From: a virus
Taxonomy: Duplodnaviria; Caudoviricetes
DNA: 64,000 nucleotides
Virus record (IMG/VR): IMGVR_UViG_3300008262_000001
Reading direction: 5' to 3' (one strand)
The notes under the pieces were generated by a model, which saw nothing but the letters and a program-made list of their open reading frames with translations, searched no databases and was not told where the DNA came from. Positions 10,845 to 19,556 of this stretch are shown piece by piece. Within the stretch, counting starts at the first letter, position 1, and each line of letters begins with the position of its first letter. Made by a program: the position numbers and the translations under genes.

Positions 10845-11138
10845 TTAATAGTGTGGATTGTCCTTTATTTTATACCAATTTTTGTTTCCTGTATTTTTCT
10901 CTGTTTTTTCAAAAACTCCAGTTTCTATAAGTTCCTTTACTAATTCTCCATGTTTGAGTACTTCCCAATCTTGTGGTAAAAACGAGTTGAATGTCTGATC
11001 TGAAAAATCTCCATCAGGTCTACCATCTTTAATCAGATAGAAGTTTAGCTCATAAATAATATCTTCTTTGGTCGGATATTCAGGAAGGTCTTTCCATATT
11101 CCGAGAAGATACTTAAGCTTAATTTTCTCCTTCTGCAT
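10845..11138 (-). CDS. Hypothetical protein
   Basis: 97-aa ORF in the replication operon. Confidence 0.65.
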   Translation of the reverse strand: MQKEKIKLKYLLGIWKDLPEYPTKEDIIYELNFYLIKDGRPDGDFSDQTFNSFLPQDWEVLKHGELVKELIETGVFEKTEKNTGNKNWYKIKDNPHY

Positions 11139-12294
11139 TTTCCTCAGAATTTGTTTCAGTTTCTTGTCCCTCTAAAAGCTCTTCAAATTCTTTCTCGTCG
11201 AAAAGATCAGGCAATTTAAAATGCGGACCTATAACCTTTTCATCAATCATTTTAAGAACCTCGTCGGTGAAAACTTCTGATGTAAAAATCTGTGTTGAAG
11301 CAACAGTCTTTCCTAAGTGTCTTACTGCCCATCTTGGAGAGGATTCATTTCCTTCGAATTTCATTTCTCCCGTTTTTTTATCAACCTCCAATTTACCTCT
11401 TTGTATGCCGCACGTTTCCCAAGAAACAAAGTCCTGGAGACCAACATATGGATTCATACCATTCATAAATGAAATGTGGAATTTCACAGCATATGGTCTA
11501 GTGAATCTTGCTTTTTTAGGTGTCGAAGTTACTATTATACCAGTTCTGGTATCTCCTTCTTTTAGCTGAGCTTTAGAAAGCATTATAACGTTGCTCATAG
11601 AGAAGATAGGACCATCACCACCTGCAGCTTCTTTAGTAGGCATAAAACCTCCAATGTTTCCAGTGGTCGTGTGGTTTGTACAAATCAATGGGATTTTCAC
11701 TCCGGTTAGATCTAAAGTAATAACTCTGAATAAGGATCTTAATTCCTTAGATCTTATACCCATATCCATCGCACTTTTACCCTTAAGTGCATCGCCAGTT
11801 TCTTTGTCTGTTGATAGCATACCTAAGGAATCCAGCACGATCATAATTTTTGGATCTGCTCCTTCTTTTCTATAACCCTTAACCTTATCAATAAGATTTG
11901 CAACGAATACTTTGAATTCTGCAATTGTTTTAATTGGTTGATAACGAACAGTATTAGCATCAATACCAAACTTTTTAGCACTGCTTTTGTCGATTGCTCC
12001 TTCTGTATCACAGTAAATAACGTTGTAGCCCTTTTTCTGTGCCTCTCTTACAATGTTCATACAAAGGAAGGATTTACCTGTCTGTGGATCGCCTGCTATT
12101 CCCATTGATCGATTGTTGGCTATTCCTCCGAATAAACTCCCTGAAAGCTGTGCATTAAGAAGATAGTTACCAGTTGGTATCCATTCCCCAACCTCTGAGA
12201 AATCGTTGGTCTCTAGAATTGAACCAGTTTCAAATCCTTCTATTTTAGAAAGCTGCTTATCAAGTTCAGCGAACGAAAATTCTTTTTTTGCCAT
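11119..12294 (-). CDS. uvsX: RecA-like recombinase UvsX
   Basis: GDPQTGKS, YCDTEGA, IVLDSLGML, GGDG motifs. Confidence 0.92.
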   Translation of the reverse strand: MAKKEFSFAELDKQLSKIEGFETGSILETNDFSEVGEWIPTGNYLLNAQLSGSLFGGIANNRSMGIAGDPQTGKSFLCMNIVREAQKKGYNVIYCDTEGAIDKSSAKKFGIDANTVRYQPIKTIAEFKVFVANLIDKVKGYRKEGADPKIMIVLDSLGMLSTDKETGDALKGKSAMDMGIRSKELRSLFRVITLDLTGVKIPLICTNHTTTGNIGGFMPTKEAAGGDGPIFSMSNVIMLSKAQLKEGDTRTGIIVTSTPKKARFTRPYAVKFHISFMNGMNPYVGLQDFVSWETCGIQRGKLEVDKKTGEMKFEGNESSPRWAVRHLGKTVASTQIFTSEVFTDEVLKMIDEKVIGPHFKLPDLFDEKEFEELLEGQETETNSEENAEGEN

Positions 12295-12305
12295 ATTAAC
12301 TTTAA

Positions 12306-12611
12306 TTATTTAGATATTTTATACTTGGAATTTTTTATTATTTCGGGATCAGAAAGTTTTTCGTTTTCAAATCTACCTGCATATTCACTTAGAATGAAAA
12401 GATCCTTACCTAACTCTGATGCAACTCTTTTTAAAGCGTTATCATCAAGAGTTAAATCTAAATCTCCGTACCAAACTTTACCATCTCCAAGTACAAAAAT
12501 GTTAGCATTAAACATGACATCATTATCTGGGTGATCCTCCCGGTATTGGGATTTAGAGTGACCAATTAATCTTGCTTTGGGTAATCCCTCTTTGTAAAAA
12601 ATTTCTTCCAT
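12306..12611 (-). CDS. Hypothetical protein
   Basis: 101-aa ORF; GAACC-N18-TATAAA upstream. Confidence 0.65.
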   Translation of the reverse strand: MEEIFYKEGLPKARLIGHSKSQYREDHPDNDVMFNANIFVLGDGKVWYGDLDLTLDDNALKRVASELGKDLFILSEYAGRFENEKLSDPEIIKNSKYKISK

Positions 12612-12646
12612 ATATTTTATAGTGACGAGTATCTGTTTTGGTTCAC

Positions 12647-12670
12647 AAAAAAAGACCCAAGTGGCCTTTT
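12647..12670 (-). terminator. Intrinsic terminator
   Basis: AAAAGGCC-ACTTG-GGTCTTTT followed by further T on the minus strand. Confidence 0.6.
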
Positions 12671-12684
12671 ATTTTCTATACCAA

Positions 12685-12963
12685 TTACTTAGAAGACTGG
12701 AGACGATTAAACATGTTTTGGAGTTCCATTATTTTCTTACAAAACTCGTAGTTTTGGTTAATTTCATTCCATTCCATCATCTTCTGTAATTCCTCTTTTG
12801 TGCTTGCTGGGTCTTGGTTAAATGATTCCTCGAATAAGTAAGAGGAAGAAACCCAAAGTCTAGTTTTCTTGTCTAAATCTATTTTTGGAAAAACTGGTCT
12901 GTCGATACACAAAAAAAATCTGCCATCAGCAGATTTTTTAATGTATTTTCTTGGTTTTCCCAT
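12685..12963 (-). CDS. Hypothetical protein with UVR-like C-terminal helix pair
   Basis: C-terminal NQNYEFCKKIMEL. Confidence 0.55.
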   Translation of the reverse strand: MGKPRKYIKKSADGRFFLCIDRPVFPKIDLDKKTRLWVSSSYLFEESFNQDPASTKEELQKMMEWNEINQNYEFCKKIMELQNMFNRLQSSK

Positions 12964-12968
12964 ATCTT

Positions 12969-12996
12969 ATTATATCGGAAAACCTCAATAAGTTTC
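12969..12996 (-). promoter_or_regulatory. GAAAC-N17-TATAAT promoter
   Basis: GAAAC 12996-12992, 17-nt spacer, TATAAT 12974-12969, 5 nt before ATG. Confidence 0.6.
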
Positions 12997-13003
12997 TTCT
13001 AAT

Positions 13004-13246
13004 TTAATCTTGAGCTTTCAAGCACCACTGTACCTTTTGGAGCTTTGCACACTTTTCATATTCCTCTTTTGATTCAAAGTGCTCAATAAGTTTATCTAGC
13101 AAATCTGTGTCTTTATACTTATACAGTGGGCTAGTTTTTTGGAAGGCCTTAACTCCCATTAGCACGATGTGTTCGAAAATTTTCTCAGATTCTTGGTCGT
13201 ATTGTTGATCTAAAATTTCTGAAAGCTTTTGTTCGTTGTTAGCCAT
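13004..13246 (-). CDS. UVR (UvrB/UvrC-motif)-like small protein
   Basis: LIEHFESKEEYEKCAKL; TAAATTTG Bacteroidota -7 element at 13272-13279. Confidence 0.55.
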   Translation of the reverse strand: MANNEQKLSEILDQQYDQESEKIFEHIVLMGVKAFQKTSPLYKYKDTDLLDKLIEHFESKEEYEKCAKLQKVQWCLKAQD

Positions 13247-13309
13247 AGATTTTTTGTTTTTAATGATGGAACAAATTTAGAACAATCTACTGGATAAAAA
13301 AAATGTTTT

Positions 13310-13669
13310 CTAAATTTTCCCAGATTTTTGGTAGTTAGTACAAATTTCTTCCCCTTCAAATATATCCCTAGTTGCAAAGAAAATAAACTTCAGTTTCTTT
13401 GTGTCTGTTTCCCAATCTGCATTAGGACTATCATCTGAGTGGTTGAAGATACTACCGAACCCTAAACAAACTGCAAAATTTTCGCTTGTTCTTTTTGGCC
13501 AGCTGAAGAAATGATCATGTAATATTTGTGGATACTGGACATCAGATGGAACAAGAAAAAAATGGCATTCCTCAAGTATCTCTCCTGCTTTTATTAACTC
13601 AGAAGCAAAAACCCCTCTGCCATGAACTGGGGAATCATCCACGTATATTTTTTTAGAACGATATAACAT
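13310..13669 (-). CDS. SET-domain protein (lysine methyltransferase fold)
   Basis: HGRGVFASELIKAGE, GSIFNHS, FFATRDIFEGEEICTNY. Confidence 0.88.
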   Translation of the reverse strand: MLYRSKKIYVDDSPVHGRGVFASELIKAGEILEECHFFLVPSDVQYPQILHDHFFSWPKRTSENFAVCLGFGSIFNHSDDSPNADWETDTKKLKFIFFATRDIFEGEEICTNYQKSGKI

Positions 13670-13745
13670 TTGTTTTGTCTTTGTATTTTATATAGAGCTA
13701 AGAATTAAAAAAATTTCTTATGCTGAATATATAAAAGAAAAAAAG

Positions 13746-14510
13746 ATGGAGAATCTTGCGTCTATAGAAGAGTTCTTAAATGAGAACAAAATCTTCTTCA
13801 CCCCTCAACAAATACAGGAATCTTTGGATTATCTAAACTCAGAAGATCCTGTATTATTAGAGGCTTGGTATAATACTATTTTAGATTTTGCTGCTTTAAT
13901 TCCAGGTGTGGGATCAATAGCAGAAGGTATCAACTTAGTCTCTTATGCTAAGCAAGGTGAGTATCTTCTTGCAGGTCTCTGTGCAATCGGCCTGATTCCG
14001 ATTTTTGGTCAATATATTGGAGCTGGTGGAACTTTATTAATAAAAGCTCTGGGTAAAGGTTCAACAATAGGTAAGGGAATTTTGAAACCACTAGTTAATC
14101 TAGTAGCTAAATTCTTCCCAAAAATTGTTGCTTTCTTCAAAAGCTCTAAATTTCTTTCTAAATTTTCAGGGATTTCCCCATTCATTGGAAAAATGCTTGG
14201 ATCTTTGAAAAATTTCGTCACAAGTGGAGGTGCTAAGTTAGCAAATTTAGCAAAAGACGCATCAAAAATCAAAAGCCTTAAAAGAGAAGCTAGAAATCTT
14301 AAGCAAGGAGTGAAAATAACAGATTGGGTGTTTGGATCCAATGACAAACCACAAACCGGAGGATTTGCTCAACAACCGCAATATCAAATTCCAGTTCCTA
14401 AAGATGCTTATATGTCTTATCAAGGAGTTCCTCTTCAGAACATTAGACCATATACAGACATGGAAATTTCACAAGCTGAAATGGCTCAGAACTGGGAGCA
14501 ATACCTATAA
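13746..14510 (+). CDS. Late protein with pre-toxin (PT-TG/Rhs-like) region and CTS-like N-terminus
   Basis: LDFAALIPGVGSIAEGINLVSYAKQGEYLLAGLCAIGLIP; N-term MENLASIEEFLNE; GAATATATA at 13725-13733. Confidence 0.6.
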   Translation: MENLASIEEFLNENKIFFTPQQIQESLDYLNSEDPVLLEAWYNTILDFAALIPGVGSIAEGINLVSYAKQGEYLLAGLCAIGLIPIFGQYIGAGGTLLIKALGKGSTIGKGILKPLVNLVAKFFPKIVAFFKSSKFLSKFSGISPFIGKMLGSLKNFVTSGGAKLANLAKDASKIKSLKREARNLKQGVKITDWVFGSNDKPQTGGFAQQPQYQIPVPKDAYMSYQGVPLQNIRPYTDMEISQAEMAQNWEQYL

Positions 14511-14515
14511 AAAAT

Positions 14516-14541
14516 AAAACCCCGGATATCCGGGGTTTTTT
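14516..14541. terminator. Bidirectional intrinsic terminator
   Basis: AAAACCCCGG-ATAT-CCGGGGTTTTTT between convergent genes. Confidence 0.85.
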
Positions 14542-14555
14542 GTGAGATCTTGTTT

Positions 14556-14616
14556 GCTTAACGTGTAATATAATGCACGAAAACACGAGATTTGCGCATT
14601 TTAAAACACGTTATAA
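14556..14616 (-). mobile_element. Isolated integron attC-like (59-be-like) site
   Basis: Minus strand: TTATAAC-5 nt-TTAAAATG-21 nt-CATTATA-6 nt-GTTAAGC, 61 bp, 3 nt after the stop of 14620..15438. Confidence 0.5.
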
Positions 14617-14619
14617 AGC

Positions 14620-15438
14620 TTAAAACTTTTCTCCGCAGTCTGGACAGAATTTCCAAGAATCCTTTTTGATCCTGTTACCACAACCAGTGCAGTAGTTTCT
14701 GAGTTTTTCAATTTCTACTGGTTTACAAGACTCTGGCGTCAATCGATAAGATATGCTATTCGAAGCAAATCCACTATAGTTGCCAAATGTTTGAGTCATT
14801 GATTGTTCACTAGATTCACCCTTTTCAACTTTGCCTGTTTCAATGGAGCTATTAGAAGCATTCGAACCCTTAATATTAGATTCTCCAACTGAAGGTGAAG
14901 TGAAACAGCTTACATTGTTAACAGTCGTTCCACCAAAGGAAATAGGGTTTCCTGAAATACCAGAATATCCAATATTTTCTGATGTTAGGGTATTAGTTGT
15001 TAATCCCCCAGTGTATGTAAAATATGATCCTGGTAGGTTTGTTGTATAACTAGGATAAACAGTGAAATATCCAGTGGTTGAATTCTCTGGATAAAAGCTA
15101 ATCTCGACTAAACCATTATTAACTATCGCATTAAGAGCTTCATTACTGTTTTCAATTTCATATGTTTCAAAAACAAATTTGTTATTTGAGTCAATGAATC
15201 TTTCGAGGTAAACTCTTTGTCCTGGTTTAAGAACAATACCAGAATTAGAAATTTGTTTTCCATCGATACTGATCTTAGCAAGATAGTTGATCGTGTTTGG
15301 ATTGAAGAGCTCGATCTCAAACCTTTGTCCATCTTTTAGATAAACTGCATTTCCGTAAATTTTAGATCTGTTACGGTTTGTTGTGATGTGGGCGGTACAA
15401 GATCCATACCCGCCAGTACTTGACGTTGTTAAATTCAT
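14620..15438 (-). CDS. Hypothetical protein with C-terminal double CxxC zinc ribbon
   Basis: CTGC...CPDC at the C-terminus; Ser/Thr/Gly-rich linker. Confidence 0.75.
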   Translation of the reverse strand: MNLTTSSTGGYGSCTAHITTNRNRSKIYGNAVYLKDGQRFEIELFNPNTINYLAKISIDGKQISNSGIVLKPGQRVYLERFIDSNNKFVFETYEIENSNEALNAIVNNGLVEISFYPENSTTGYFTVYPSYTTNLPGSYFTYTGGLTTNTLTSENIGYSGISGNPISFGGTTVNNVSCFTSPSVGESNIKGSNASNSSIETGKVEKGESSEQSMTQTFGNYSGFASNSISYRLTPESCKPVEIEKLRNYCTGCGNRIKKDSWKFCPDCGEKF

Positions 15439-15533
15439 AAATTTTTTGTTATTTAATTTTTGCCCCTTCCTTTGTGTCCATTTCTGAAAACTCTACGGTT
15501 TGTTGACCGGGAAGTGACTAGAAAAAATCTAGT
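15439..15533 (-). promoter_or_regulatory. Structured 5' leader RNA candidate
   Basis: Stems ACTAGA/TCTAGT, GTC-A-CTTCC/GGAAG-G-GGC and CGGT/ACCG between promoter and ATG. Confidence 0.4.
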
Positions 15534-15538
15534 TCTAA

Positions 15539-15566
15539 TTTATATATGGATGGCTTCTAAAGTTTC
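15539..15566 (-). promoter_or_regulatory. GAAAC-N17-TATAAA promoter
   Basis: GAAAC 15566-15562, TATAAA 15544-15539. Confidence 0.6.
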
Positions 15567-15580
15567 AAAAATGAAGTGAC

Positions 15581-15931
15581 CTATTTTTGCTTCTTAGGTC
15601 TTCCTCTTTTTGGCTCTGTACTTTGCTTAGAAGATGCTGAGTCTTTTTTCTTAGCAGGTTTCTTCTTCTTTCTTTTTATTACAACTATTTCATCAACATC
15701 ACCTTCATCTTTAGTGACCTTAGACCCTGAAGACTTCTTATTAGTATACTTTGCAACAAACTGCTTGGTTTTACTTTCCTCTATGTTGACTGGCTCATCC
15801 TCAATGTGTATAACTTTAGGCTGACATCTTTCACATCTACCGCAACAACATCCAGTGGGACAGTTGCAATAAAATTTAGGCTCTTCTTTTTTACCAAAAA
15901 GATTTTTGAAAAAATTTACAATAGCGTTCAT
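15581..15931 (-). CDS. Hypothetical protein, Cys cluster and Lys-rich tail
   Basis: CNCPTGCCCGRCERC; basic C-terminus. Confidence 0.6.
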   Translation of the reverse strand: MNAIVNFFKNLFGKKEEPKFYCNCPTGCCCGRCERCQPKVIHIEDEPVNIEESKTKQFVAKYTNKKSSGSKVTKDEGDVDEIVVIKRKKKKPAKKKDSASSKQSTEPKRGRPKKQK

Positions 15932-15947
15932 AAAATATTTTTTCTAT

Positions 15948-16754
15948 CTATCCTTTTTGCTTAGACTTCTGTGTTTCTTCCTCGTCTTGTGGCTGAATCT
16001 CACTGGGAGCAGCTGGATTTTCAGAATTAATAATTAAGTCTTGGATGTATTCAAGTGGTTTCTTAATACCATAAATTCCTGGCTCAGCTAATGCACCAGT
16101 AAAGTTCCCAAGTGAACCTTTTTGACTATCAGTCATTTCATTTTCTGACTTGAAAATTTGATCTATATAATCGTAATAGTCCTTTTTGTTTTTGCTCAAG
16201 TTCGATGCAAATCCTTTGAAAAGATCTGGGTTTTTTTCAATCATAAACCTAGGAAAATTCCATTCCCAATCTTTTTTAATTATTTCCGGATATAAAGTCA
16301 AAGCAGCAAAATCACCAGCTGTGATAGGTCTTTGTAATTTCATTCTTTCAATCCAAGTTTTATAATAGGAACAAACAAGGTCAAGCTGATCAATATTGGA
16401 AAGTTGTAAAACGTCTTGTGGAGTATAGTTCTTTCCGGTTTCCGGATTTACCATGTTTTTTAAAACCTCAGGATAAAAAGAAAGTAAACCTACTGCTCCA
16501 GTAGACTTGTCAGTCTTTTTAGGATCAAAATCACTTTCGTGAAATATAGTGTGGAGTAACCAAACTGGGTCTATTCCCAAGTCCTTAGAAATAGTAACTA
16601 GTTTTTTTAAGAATTCTTGTCGATTTTCTTTGATGTGTTCAGAATATGGAAGAGCAACAACGGTCTGTTCCATGTAAGAGTCAGGTTCCATTTTTTGAAC
16701 CCTAATACTTTCCGATAATCTTTTAAAATCCTGAAATTTTTGGATGTGATTCAT
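15948..16754 (-). CDS. Lysozyme-fold lytic transglycosylase-like late protein
   Basis: IFHESDFDP...GAVGLL SLT-like motif; CTS-like N-term; GATATATA 16762-16769. Confidence 0.65.
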   Translation of the reverse strand: MNHIQKFQDFKRLSESIRVQKMEPDSYMEQTVVALPYSEHIKENRQEFLKKLVTISKDLGIDPVWLLHTIFHESDFDPKKTDKSTGAVGLLSFYPEVLKNMVNPETGKNYTPQDVLQLSNIDQLDLVCSYYKTWIERMKLQRPITAGDFAALTLYPEIIKKDWEWNFPRFMIEKNPDLFKGFASNLSKNKKDYYDYIDQIFKSENEMTDSQKGSLGNFTGALAEPGIYGIKKPLEYIQDLIINSENPAAPSEIQPQDEEETQKSKQKG

Positions 16755-16770
16755 TACATCCTATATATCC

Positions 16771-17565
16771 CTATATGTTTTTAGCAAGCATTGGTTTTTC
16801 ACTTGCCCATGCGTGTAAGGATGTTATGTGCATTGTTAGAGTTCCTGGTTTTACATTTTTCCAGGTTTCTGGATCTTCTTGTTGCAGTTGTTCAATGAGC
16901 CAAAATAATTTTCTAGCACAAAGGTAAATGTCATCTCTGAAATGTCTGAAGAAATCACAAGATCTTATGTAATATACAACATGCACCCAATCAAATCTTC
17001 TTATGAAATGATAGCCAATAGTGCAAGGAACTCTTTCACCGTGGACTGATCCTGTATCTTCAGGAAACCAGATAGGAAGAAAAGCTTGTCTTGTAAAAGG
17101 CTCTTTTTTCATTAGATCGACAACATCTTTGAAATCACCATATTCATATCTAATGCCCATCATCTTATCCGAATCTAGACCTTTTTCTATCTCCCCATAT
17201 TTTGGCCAAATTCTTTCTGGATAAGTGTGTGAGAATTTTTCAAGGCCTCCAAACTCCGCATTATTTTTCTGAGCATAAGGCCATCTCTCGTGTGATGGAG
17301 GGGGATTCAAAGGAATACCACTAACCCTCTCTTCAAAATGTTCATCAGCCCAAGCAACATTAGGCTTAATTTGGTCTTTTAACCCCTCCAAATCCGTCGT
17401 TATTTGACAACTAAAAGAATGATTAAGAATTTCAATCATTGCATACTTAGGATCACTTTTAATGTCCTTAGCTTGCCATTTTTCTGTGTGGACAACATAA
17501 GAAAGATCATTCATCTGTTGAGCTGTCCAACTAATAGCATTTTTAAAGTTACCAAATTTTTTCAT
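16771..17565 (-). CDS. Divergent thymidylate-synthase-family enzyme, predicted dCMP (hydroxy)methylase type
   Basis: VPCT catalytic Cys; RSCDFFRHFRDD has Asp at the ThyA Asn177-equivalent position. Confidence 0.7.
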   Translation of the reverse strand: MKKFGNFKNAISWTAQQMNDLSYVVHTEKWQAKDIKSDPKYAMIEILNHSFSCQITTDLEGLKDQIKPNVAWADEHFEERVSGIPLNPPPSHERWPYAQKNNAEFGGLEKFSHTYPERIWPKYGEIEKGLDSDKMMGIRYEYGDFKDVVDLMKKEPFTRQAFLPIWFPEDTGSVHGERVPCTIGYHFIRRFDWVHVVYYIRSCDFFRHFRDDIYLCARKLFWLIEQLQQEDPETWKNVKPGTLTMHITSLHAWASEKPMLAKNI

Positions 17566-17582
17566 ACTGTTTATCTCATCCT

Positions 17583-17610
17583 ATTATACCAGATCTAAAG
17601 GTTCTGTTTC
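17583..17610 (-). promoter_or_regulatory. GAAAC-N17-TATAAT promoter
   Basis: GAAAC 17610-17606, TATAAT 17588-17583. Confidence 0.6.
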
Positions 17611-17611
17611 T

Positions 17612-18676
17612 TTATTTGTGAAATCTATCGAAAGAATTTTTTGTGATCTGGTTGAATCTCACCTTTCCACAAAATTCACCTAAAGTCAAACAATCTGTAT
17701 AACTCATGGCAGATTTAAGATAATCAGAGAAATTTTCTACCCAGCCTGATAAAGTATATTCTACTGGTTGGATTTTGCTAATACCCTCTGAAGTTTTTAA
17801 CTCACTTCGGCCTAAACTTTTTTGGACCTCTTTAGTTGACATACCTCTGAACTTCTTAAAATATTTTCTGCCCATTAAAAACTGCTCTTTGACTTCAGCA
17901 GAAAATTGATCTACTTTTTCCCCAGGATCTGTCCAAAAGTCATATTTTCTATTTTCTTCAAATGTCTCACCAGCACTTTCAAGTGTTTTGTTCAGCATAC
18001 TTCCAAGCATTACATAGTCTGCTCCCAAAGCCAATGCTTTGATTATATCTGAGTATTTTTTAAATCCACCATCAGCAACTATTTTGGTAGAGAGATTTCT
18101 TTCTTGTTGTAGTTTGTATGTGTCATGAATCAATGAGGCCATTGGATAACCCACACCCGTTTGCACTGTGGTTAAACAACCTGCTCCATTACCTATGCCC
18201 ATTCTAACATAATCAGCACCAGACTGAGCAAGTGATAAGTAGGTCAAGGGGTTAGCACAGTTACCAACCATCAGAACCAATTGTCTATCATATATTTCTT
18301 TGGCCTGCTCTAAAAGATCTTTAACTATCCTCATGTGTCCGTTAGCTATATCAATCAAAGCATACATTTTATCCTTTGGATGGAGCTCAATTGGATTGTC
18401 TATAAAAATTCTTTTGAAATCGTCAAGTCCATAGGAAAACCAAATTTTATGATCTGTGGAAAAATCAGTTTGTAATGGATTGGCTTTTCTTGGAAGAATT
18501 GAGTAGATCTTATGATCATTAAAAATATTACAGTTGTTTTCACTAATTACCGTATCCATTGGTGCAGTAAACAAAGGAAGCATTTGTTTTTCTTCTAAAA
18601 TATCTACCTTCTTTCTCGAATTAATACTAGTATGTAATTCTGGTTCTATCAGAATGTCGTCAAAATCAAAAAGCAT
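17612..18676 (-). CDS. IMP dehydrogenase / GMP reductase family (no CBS domains)
   Basis: TAPMDTV, IDIANGH, GIGNGAGCLT, IVADGG, KALALGADYVMLGS, FRGM, GLKSAMSY-like YLKSAMSY. Confidence 0.9.
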   Translation of the reverse strand: MLFDFDDILIEPELHTSINSRKKVDILEEKQMLPLFTAPMDTVISENNCNIFNDHKIYSILPRKANPLQTDFSTDHKIWFSYGLDDFKRIFIDNPIELHPKDKMYALIDIANGHMRIVKDLLEQAKEIYDRQLVLMVGNCANPLTYLSLAQSGADYVRMGIGNGAGCLTTVQTGVGYPMASLIHDTYKLQQERNLSTKIVADGGFKKYSDIIKALALGADYVMLGSMLNKTLESAGETFEENRKYDFWTDPGEKVDQFSAEVKEQFLMGRKYFKKFRGMSTKEVQKSLGRSELKTSEGISKIQPVEYTLSGWVENFSDYLKSAMSYTDCLTLGEFCGKVRFNQITKNSFDRFHK

Positions 18677-18774
18677 CTTGGGTTTTATCTTTTTAGATCT
18701 TTTACTAAAAAGATTTCTAATATGGATAACTCTATTTAGAAATAGAAATACGATATATACAATAAAAAATTAGG

Positions 18775-19512
18775 ATGAAAAATATACTCCATTTTGATAA
18801 GTTTGTAAACGAGGGCTTTAAAGAAGGCGCAAGAAAATTTTTATATGGCCACGAAACCCAAGAAAAAGAGCAAATGGCTGAGCAAGATTTTATGAAGGCT
18901 TTAGACCAATTAGAGGTTTTGGTAAATGCTCAACCCGATAGATATTTCAATGGCTACAATTGGCCAGCAATGAAAACATCATTAATGAATCAAGCTGCTG
19001 AAAACAGATTCAGAGGTGGTATAGATGTTAGACCTAGCATGAACAGTGATAAACTATTTATTGTTTACAAAGAAGGTTTAAGTGGATTACAAATGTTGGC
19101 AGTAGCAGCAGCTGGTGCTATGCAATCTTATCAGTCAAAAGCTCAGTACGAGAATAAGAATGGAGGTGTAAAAGAAGGTTTTATGTCAGGTGCAAGAAAA
19201 TTTGTCACTGGATATGAAACTAAGGAAGAGGAAATGAAAGCTCAAACTGAATTCATGGAAAACTTAGAAGCAGTTGAAGCTTTAGTAATGGCTAATCCTT
19301 CTGAGTATTTTGCAGGAGAAAATTGGCCAAAATACAAAATGGATTTAATGGATCAAGCTAAGGAAAATAAATTCAGAGGAGGATTACAAGTAGGTTACTC
19401 AGCAAGTGGTAATTCTGACAAACAGTTCGTCATTTACAAGCCTGGTTTAACTGGTTTAGAAATCATTGCTCAAGGTGCAGCAGAAAGAACTGCAAATCCG
19501 TTGGGAAAATAA
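18775..19512 (+). CDS. CTS-like late protein made of two ~115-aa tandem repeats
   Basis: EGFKEGARKFLYGHET... and EGFMSGARKFVTGYET... repeats; GATATATA 18752-18759. Confidence 0.75.
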   Translation: MKNILHFDKFVNEGFKEGARKFLYGHETQEKEQMAEQDFMKALDQLEVLVNAQPDRYFNGYNWPAMKTSLMNQAAENRFRGGIDVRPSMNSDKLFIVYKEGLSGLQMLAVAAAGAMQSYQSKAQYENKNGGVKEGFMSGARKFVTGYETKEEEMKAQTEFMENLEAVEALVMANPSEYFAGENWPKYKMDLMDQAKENKFRGGLQVGYSASGNSDKQFVIYKPGLTGLEIIAQGAAERTANPLGK

Positions 19513-19530
19513 AATATTTACAAAATTTCG

Positions 19531-19556
19531 AAAGGCATCTTAGGATGCCTTTTTTT
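19531..19556. terminator. Bidirectional intrinsic terminator
   Basis: AAAGGCATC-TTAG-GATGCCTTTTTTT. Confidence 0.85.
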
